From Phoronis australis (taxonomy: Eukaryota > Animalia > Phoronida), in the NCBI GenBank assembly GCA_002633005.1, contig NMRA01000195.1, forward strand, positions 351,628-415,627: a stretch of DNA of 64,000 bases, in the 5' to 3' direction. The translations under genes and the position numbers were made by a program. Below the pieces are notes generated by a model. It had not been told where the DNA came from, did not search any database, and worked only from the letters and a program-made list of their open reading frames with translations. Within the stretch, counting starts at the first letter, position 1. Each line of letters opens with the position of its first letter. Below, in pieces: positions 59,101 to 64,000 of this stretch.

Positions 59101-59423
59101 TAGTCTGTTTACCGCATTCCAGGCCTCTGAAAAAAACCCCAAAATATACCAGGTGGATGATGTCTTCATGTGGCAATTACTCCTGCGCAGGCAGCACCTT
59201 AGTTTTGAAAACTAATGGGTTTCTATTTGAGTCATAGTATGAGTTCAGTTTTAGATAATGAGCTTGTGGGTAAATGATGACAAATTAGATCTGTGTTTGT
59301 TCTCGGTTGCAACACTCAATGAGGTTATTTTCTGGTTTGTAGGTCACAACATTGGATGCCAACAAGACATTAGAAGAGCTCAAGCTGTGTCCTCAGGAGA
59401 CGCTGATTTTAGAGGAGAAGTAA
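35131..59423 (+). CDS. FAF1: FAS-associated factor 1 (UBA, two UBL, UAS, coiled-coil and UBX domains; p97/VCP adaptor), 18 exons, 679 aa
   Basis: Exons 35131-35166, 36997-37065, 37765-38068, 40298-40389, 40834-40934, 42048-42165, 42727-42813, 43518-43607, 44413-44539, 45787-45850, 47167-47248, 48762-48916, 49580-49716, 50358-50446, 51358-51438, 54704-54814, 57475-57690, 59343-59423. All GT-AG with compatible phases (2040 nt). Motifs: MADRNQVLIDFQ|ECSNIENLEECMAILEQHDWSLL (UBA), RYG..HPVFYLGSL, LLAVYLHYDQS..NVFCSQVLC...WAWD (UAS), QDMAYQESLAVDRAK, and LPEEP...RRF...TYPRRD...CPQETLILEEK* (UBX). Confidence 0.95.
35498..36021 (+). mobile_element. Miniature LTR retrotransposon (TRIM) with tRNA-like sequence in both LTRs, in FAF1 intron 1
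   Basis: 5' LTR ~35498-35645 and 3' LTR ~35864-36021 both start TGTTGTGAAAGTGCTTC. PBS TGGCGTAGTCGGCA at 35648-35661 is complementary to the tRNA-Ser 3' end. PPT AGGAAAAGGGGGAA at 35850-35863. Each LTR has TAG(C/A)TGAATGG and GGTTCGATTCC boxes. No TSD recognised. Confidence 0.8.
36055..36797. mobile_element. Inverted, truncated second copy of the 7851-8672 element
   Basis: Reverse-complement similarity along its length; the spurious ORFs at 7924 (+) and 36589 (-) are homologous. Confidence 0.75.
43244..43325. repeat. 20-bp minisatellite x4
   Basis: gaggatatc(c/t)gggtcatttt repeated four times. Confidence 0.9.
43805..44085 (-). mobile_element. Partial inverted copy of the 47410 element
   Basis: ctccttatttggtatggcaagacataggcatagcacatt is the reverse complement of the block at ~47678-47717. 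Confidence 0.7.
46205..46880. mobile_element. Copy 2 of the 7000-7750 repeat
   Basis: Colinear similarity in the same orientation as 7000-7750. Confidence 0.7.
47410..47941 (+). mobile_element. TTAA-flanked non-autonomous element (Kolobok-like)
   Basis: ttaa|tgaggcatggaacg ... cgttccaggcatct|ttaa; further copies at ~58606-59129 and ~43805-44085. Confidence 0.75.
48565..48774 (+). repeat. ~49-bp tandem array ending in the FAF1 exon 12 acceptor
   Basis: Units tgctcctatttcag-aagtctgttctag, tgctcttatttcag-aagtgtgtactag, tgcccttattttcg, tgctctaatatcag, then the real tgctcatatttcag|aggcgtctactag. Confidence 0.75.
49075..49589 (+). repeat. ~37-bp tandem array (~14 units) ending in the FAF1 exon 13 acceptor
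   Basis: Consensus gttactggccttgtcttattcagttctctcatcatag; the real junction is ttctctaatcatag|gttactggc. Confidence 0.9.
50932..51058. repeat. 27-bp minisatellite (~4.5 copies) with an internal hairpin
   Basis: tgtgtgttgtctgatgacaacctggtc units; gttgtc...gacaac is self-complementary. Confidence 0.85.
51934..53923 (+). mobile_element. Helentron-associated non-autonomous element (HINE/DINE-1-like) with an internal tandem array
   Basis: 5' subTIR plus inverted repeat atgcgcccacat...atgtggacgcat, a (ccgt)n microsatellite and ~451-bp core repeats. 3' subTIR tgtgggcgcat, hairpin caacgc-tct-gcgttg and CTTG-TT end; T-rich insertion site. Confidence 0.85.
55072..56330 (+). mobile_element. Second HINE/Helentron-type element with ~432-bp core repeats
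   Basis: 5' actctgcgc..gcgcagagt hairpin, a (ttattc)n microsatellite, and repeats at ~55283/55715/56147 and 55432/55864. 3' subTIR gcacgtgcagagt, hairpin ttattgtcacg-c-cgtgacaataa, CTAG-TT end. Confidence 0.85.
58606..59129 (+). mobile_element. Copy of the 47410-47941 element
   Basis: gcatggaacgc...tcaaaaatatcttttaaacaa...gaaatacacacgaaggaaaa...cattccaggcctct colinear with 47410-47941. Confidence 0.75.
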
Positions 59424-60245
59424 TTAACAAATGAATAACATCAACATCCGTGTCATGGTAGACTTGTAAGCAACAATAATACCAATGTCTGCGTCATGCA
59501 GGGCTTGTAAATTTTCATCGTCTCTGTTATTATTGTAAACATTGACATTGAGATCCTGTGCTGAGCATTGAATATGTACATGTCATGTTATGGACTATGA
59601 ATCCAGCTGTACTGTAGTTTGTATCGGTAAGTGGCCTGTATAGGTGTAGACATGACTGGAAGTGGTGCACAGTTCACTGTGTGTTGTGAAGGATGCTGGC
59701 ATCCTGTGTTGGCAGAAAGAGTCTAACATTAAGGCNTTGAGTCATAGTATGAGTTCAGTTTTAGATAATGAGCTTGTGGGTAAATGATGACAAATTAGAT
59801 CTGTGTTTGTTCTCGGTTACAACACTCAATGAGGTTGTTTTCTGGTTGGTAGGTCACGACATTGGATGCCAACAAGACATTAGAAGAGCTCAAGCTGTGT
59901 CCTCAGGAGACGCTGATTTTAGAGGAGAAGTAATTAACAAATGAATAACATCAACATCCGTGTCATGCTAGACTTGTAAGCAACAATAATACCAATGTCT
60001 GCGTCATGCAGGGCTTGTAAATTTTCATCGTCTCTGTTATTATTGTAAACATTGACATTGAGATCCTGTGCTGAGCATTGAATATGTACATGTCATGTTA
60101 TGGACTATGAATCCAGCTGTACTGTAGTTTGTATCGGTAAGTGGCCTGTATAGGTGTAGACATGACTGGAAGTGGTGCACAGTTCACTGTGTGTTGTGAA
60201 GGATGCTGGCATCCTGTGTTGGCAGAAAGAGTCTAACATTAAGGC
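59227..60245 (+). other. 509-bp direct duplication around a single N, duplicating the last FAF1 exon (second copy 59853-59933)
   Basis: 59227-59735 and 59737-60245 differ at about five positions; the N at 59736 is exactly at the junction. Confidence 0.9.
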
Positions 60246-62252
60246 AGTTGTGTTGTACTGTTAAGGAGTAGTCTAGTGACTGTTATGTTTTTCATGTCTG
60301 TGTTGAGTAATATACTCATTTATAACAAGGCTGGCTGCCAGCAAGTTGTCTAAAGTGTGTTCAGGGTGGTGAGATGGAATAAGTCATTGACACCTGGCAT
60401 TGTAAGGAATTTGTTTTGTGAGTTGCATCTCTGTCATTCATCATAATGACAAGCTGACAGAGTTCTGAAAGTTGACTTGTTGAAATGGGAATTGGAGACC
60501 ACGCAAGATTTTGTTATTGCCTACATTCTGTACATGTTGGTACTCTTCAAGTTTGGATTCTTGTCTGTGAATAGACGGTATTCATTCACTCTAGTGGAGT
60601 GACGTTGAGGTTGACCCTGACTGTGGCAGTGGTCATGTGACTCTGTTGTGGCCCAAACCCTGACTGCTGCGGCATTCATGCAACTCTGCTGTGGCCCGGA
60701 CCCTGACTGCTGCAGTGGTCACCTGACTCTGTTGTGGCACAGATACATGTATGAAGTAGTCCTGATGAATAGTGCGGAGCTTCTAAAAGAAGCTGGGGAT
60801 ATAATTATTTCAACCGGGCTCCAGACCTGCACTCTATTATAGACTGGTGTTTTATAGACACACAGCTATAGTTTCATGTTCTCAATATTTCCTTTGATCT
60901 TCTTGCGTGTGTGCCTTCCAAACAATACAGAATCTAATCAAAATGTCGGACCCAGCTTGCACTGAAATCTGACTCGTGTTGCAAACGAAGCATTCGTTCA
61001 TGGTAGTGATGTACCTAACCCTATCAAGTTAAAGCTGTATGATTTGTGCAACTTACAAGTTCTCCCATATTTGTGAGATTTGTGACCCGTTTTGGGGTTC
61101 TTGAGCCAGACAAGAGTACACTTAACATTTCCATGTATTTAAATTACTTTATTTCTGATGATGGCTGCTGCCAAAGCCTGAAACATCAAATTGTACCCTG
61201 TAATCGTGATTATGAACTGGAAAGGGATTCTGTTCTTTCATTTGAGCAACAATGTTCTTTAATATTTTGTTTTCCTTTGACTGTTATACCCTTTGTTATT
61301 TATGATTGTTGTCTGCTAGATTGTAAACAGGAGCTGCTTGGTAGCTTCATGTACATTTTGAAAGAGATTCTCCCTACTAGGGTAGTTAACATTCTTTAGT
61401 AGTTTACAAAATAGCGTCATACTGCGGTAGATCTACCGTGACACTAATGGACCTTACAGTTGCTATTAACTATGTTCTGTCCAAGAAGTGAACTTTTGAC
61501 TTAACAGTCCTTACCCCTTTGAATTTGGTCTGAACTTGCAACTTCACTGAGATGAGAAGTAACTTCTGGGTTTGCAAAGAAGGGACTGTTCGTTATTCAT
61601 GTAGATGGTTCCATGTAAAATGACTCACTGGGACAAGCCAACGTGTAGAGCTTGATCTTAGAAAGTAATGTGATACCCTTGTGAAATCATTATGATTGTA
61701 GGGACGGACAGTTCAAGACCAATATCATTATGGTAAGTGATCTTGGTCAAAAGTTAGTTTGTGTGATGGAAGACATGTTTGAAGCTGCTTTAAGGTTCAC
61801 TGACCACCATTCCCAGCATTCTGGTCAGTTAGCTAAGTACAGCATTGGGCTGCTGCTCAAAAGAGGGCATTGTTGTACAGTGACATGGCTTCTTAGCATA
61901 AAAACACATGGAAAATTGGACAAAGACAGACTGCACTGTTGCCTAGAGCGTTTTACAAAGACATTGCTGCTAGGGGTGAGCTTAATCCATTAGGGTTCTC
62001 CTATTGGAAGGGTTTATTGAGGTGTGTCACATACTCTGGGTAGATCGTTTGTTTACAGGTATGGGGAAGGGGGAGGGTATTTTGCCCTAACAGGTATGTA
62101 TGTCTTGGTGGATTCTTGATACTTTGACTGAGGTATTGCCTTGGGTTGGTAAATGAAAGATAAGATCACCGGGGAGGCGCTGCTGTTTTGGGTAGGGGTA
62201 TTCATGAATGTTGTCTTGGCTACCCATATTTGAAGATACTAAGGTATTGTGA

Positions 62253-62418
62253 CGGTCTGGATTTTGACTACAGAGGTGCAGCTCTTTTGGGTCGTTTGTT
62301 ATAGAACCGGTCTGGATATTGACTACAGAGGTGCAGCTCTGTTGGATCGTTTGTTATAGAACCGGTCTGGATATTGACTACAGAGGTGCAGCTCTTTGGA
62401 TCGTTTGTTATAGAACCG
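62253..62418. repeat. ~55-bp minisatellite x3
   Basis: cggtctggatattgactacagaggtgcagctct..gg.tcgtttgttatagaac repeated three times. Confidence 0.9.
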
Positions 62419-63295
62419 AGAATGGGGGGATAAACTTGAAGTACCCAGACATTTAGACCCACTGTCATTGCTTGAATGGACGAGTACTGTCATCTTCAGA
62501 TTTATACTGTGATAGTTTTTCGGTTATGTATAATTGAGTTGGTCTTTTTCTGACGTTTTTATTAGCAAAACCTCAGAAGTTAGTTTTGTTTATTTTCTAA
62601 GAAACTTTCTTGGAATAATGATTCTTTTGAGTTTTAAGACTGGAAAATCTGATCGCCTGGTCATCATGAGCTTGGCATTATTTTAATTGTGTTCGTTATT
62701 GTTGTACGTATTAAAGTGTACTAAATACAATGTGAGAAATCATTCATTATTGTCTTGCTATGCCCTGTAGTACAGTGGCAGGTCACCTGCTCTGAATTCA
62801 TGTGCATGTGATTTACATTACAGAAGTGTAATGGTAGTCAGTGCAAGACATGCACAAGTATTTGTGGTGCCTCTGCGCATGCCCTGGTTCGAATATCTCA
62901 GTATTGCAAATGAATGCTTTGTTGAAGTGCTTAAAAACCACCATTTACCTTTTTCTGATAAACTGGCTACATTTGACTTGAGTTCTTGAGTTGCCGGCTC
63001 ATCATATTCAAGGTCGGGTGAGTAAGATGGTAAACTGGCTTAATAATTCTACTTTGGCAGCTTAACAGCGCTTTACTTAATTCCACTTCAACAGGTCTTG
63101 TACCCTGGCTGCATGAAGCCTGACGGGGCCCATTACCAGACGAAGTCTGGGGGTCACGTATCCTCTGTCGTAGCGCTAGCGCCACCTGCACCTCCAGTAC
63201 CACTGTTAATTTGACTCGACTTCCACTCTTTCCGTCACCACCAATCAAGGATTAAATTTCTTAAATAACTTTATAGATCTACAATGAACATTTAA

Positions 63296-64000
63296 AGGCG
63301 AAGACAACCATTTTTCATGTCATTTTTAGCAAAAACATATTTTTCACTTAATTACAGCTTTTCGTAATTTAATGAATTATTCGTTCTGTACTCTCCGAAA
63401 GTAACGTTTTGGGAGACAATTTCTTTTCATATAGTCTAGACTGTGAGAGCTGTCGAGTCAGTTATTGTGCTACCTCGGTTGTGATAAGTTCGGTCGTCAT
63501 TTGCTTTTGTTTACGAGCCAGTCAACATGCCACACTGTTGCTGAGCCCTGCTGCGATGTTGAGTAGTGGGAGTGAATACTAACCCAGTTCGACACCCAGT
63601 GAAGAGTATGCGGCACCCAGCCTTTAATATGGGAGGGGGGGCTCGAATTTCTGACGATGTAGACCTTTTACCGACAAAATAGCCGGACTAAAAAAAAAAA
63701 CAAAAAAAAACGGGGTACTTCGTCCAGAGCTGTGAATTGTGCGTTTGCGCCTTTTTAGAGGACTTTTTGTCTCCTTTTCTCTGACTTTTTGTTTCTCTGA
63801 GGCGGACCTTTTTGTCCACCTCGCCAAATTTGGGGGCTCGTTCGAGCCCTCCCGAGCCCCCTACCCGGGTGCGCGCATGAAGAGGACGGTTCGTCGCTCC
63901 ATCGGTAAGCCAAACTTTGACAAGTTTATTGTGGACTTGTCTGAAGTATTGGAGCTATTTAGGAGGTGCCAGCTGTGAGGCGAGGGAGTCACACGGCAGG
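63296..64000 (+). mobile_element. Second, differently deleted copy of the Kolobok-type element (runs off the right edge)
   Basis: TTAA|AGGCGAAGACAACC followed by colinear similarity to 28525-28800 and then to ~29230-29420. Confidence 0.8.
63607..63879. mobile_element. MITE nested in the Kolobok copy, 5-bp TSD
   Basis: tatgcggcacccag ... ccgggtgcgcgcatg; TSD AAGAG at 63602-63606 and 63880-63884. The empty site is visible in the first copy at ~29300. Confidence 0.75.

Noticed and set aside
62967-63248. 93-aa minus-strand ORF as an exon of a downstream gene
   Set aside because: No recognisable motif, non-ATG start and no convincing splice sites.

Overview
AT-rich, intron-rich animal genomic DNA, probably an invertebrate (the repeat types suggest a mollusc-like lophotrochozoan; this is inference). 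Four spliced protein-coding genes were reconstructed by hand, arranged as two head-to-head pairs. Pair 1 is the 5' end of SPATA6 (minus strand, running off the left edge) and FAM32A (plus, 3 exons). Pair 2 is a two-coding-exon INK4/CDKN2-family CDK inhibitor (minus; its first exon is missed by the ORF track and probably uses a GC donor) and an 18-exon FAF1 (plus, 679 aa). The CDKN2-FAF1 divergent pair mirrors human CDKN2C-FAF1. Introns hold many non-autonomous elements: Kolobok-type TTAA elements (one with a THAP remnant), two Helentron/HINE elements with internal arrays, several MITEs, a 5'-truncated LINE nested in a MITE, and a miniature LTR element plus a solo LTR whose LTRs carry tRNA-like Pol III boxes. 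Two consecutive FAF1 exons are preceded by tandem arrays built from their own splice-acceptor junctions. Two gap-flanking duplications look like assembly artefacts. All coordinates were read by eye; no searches were run.
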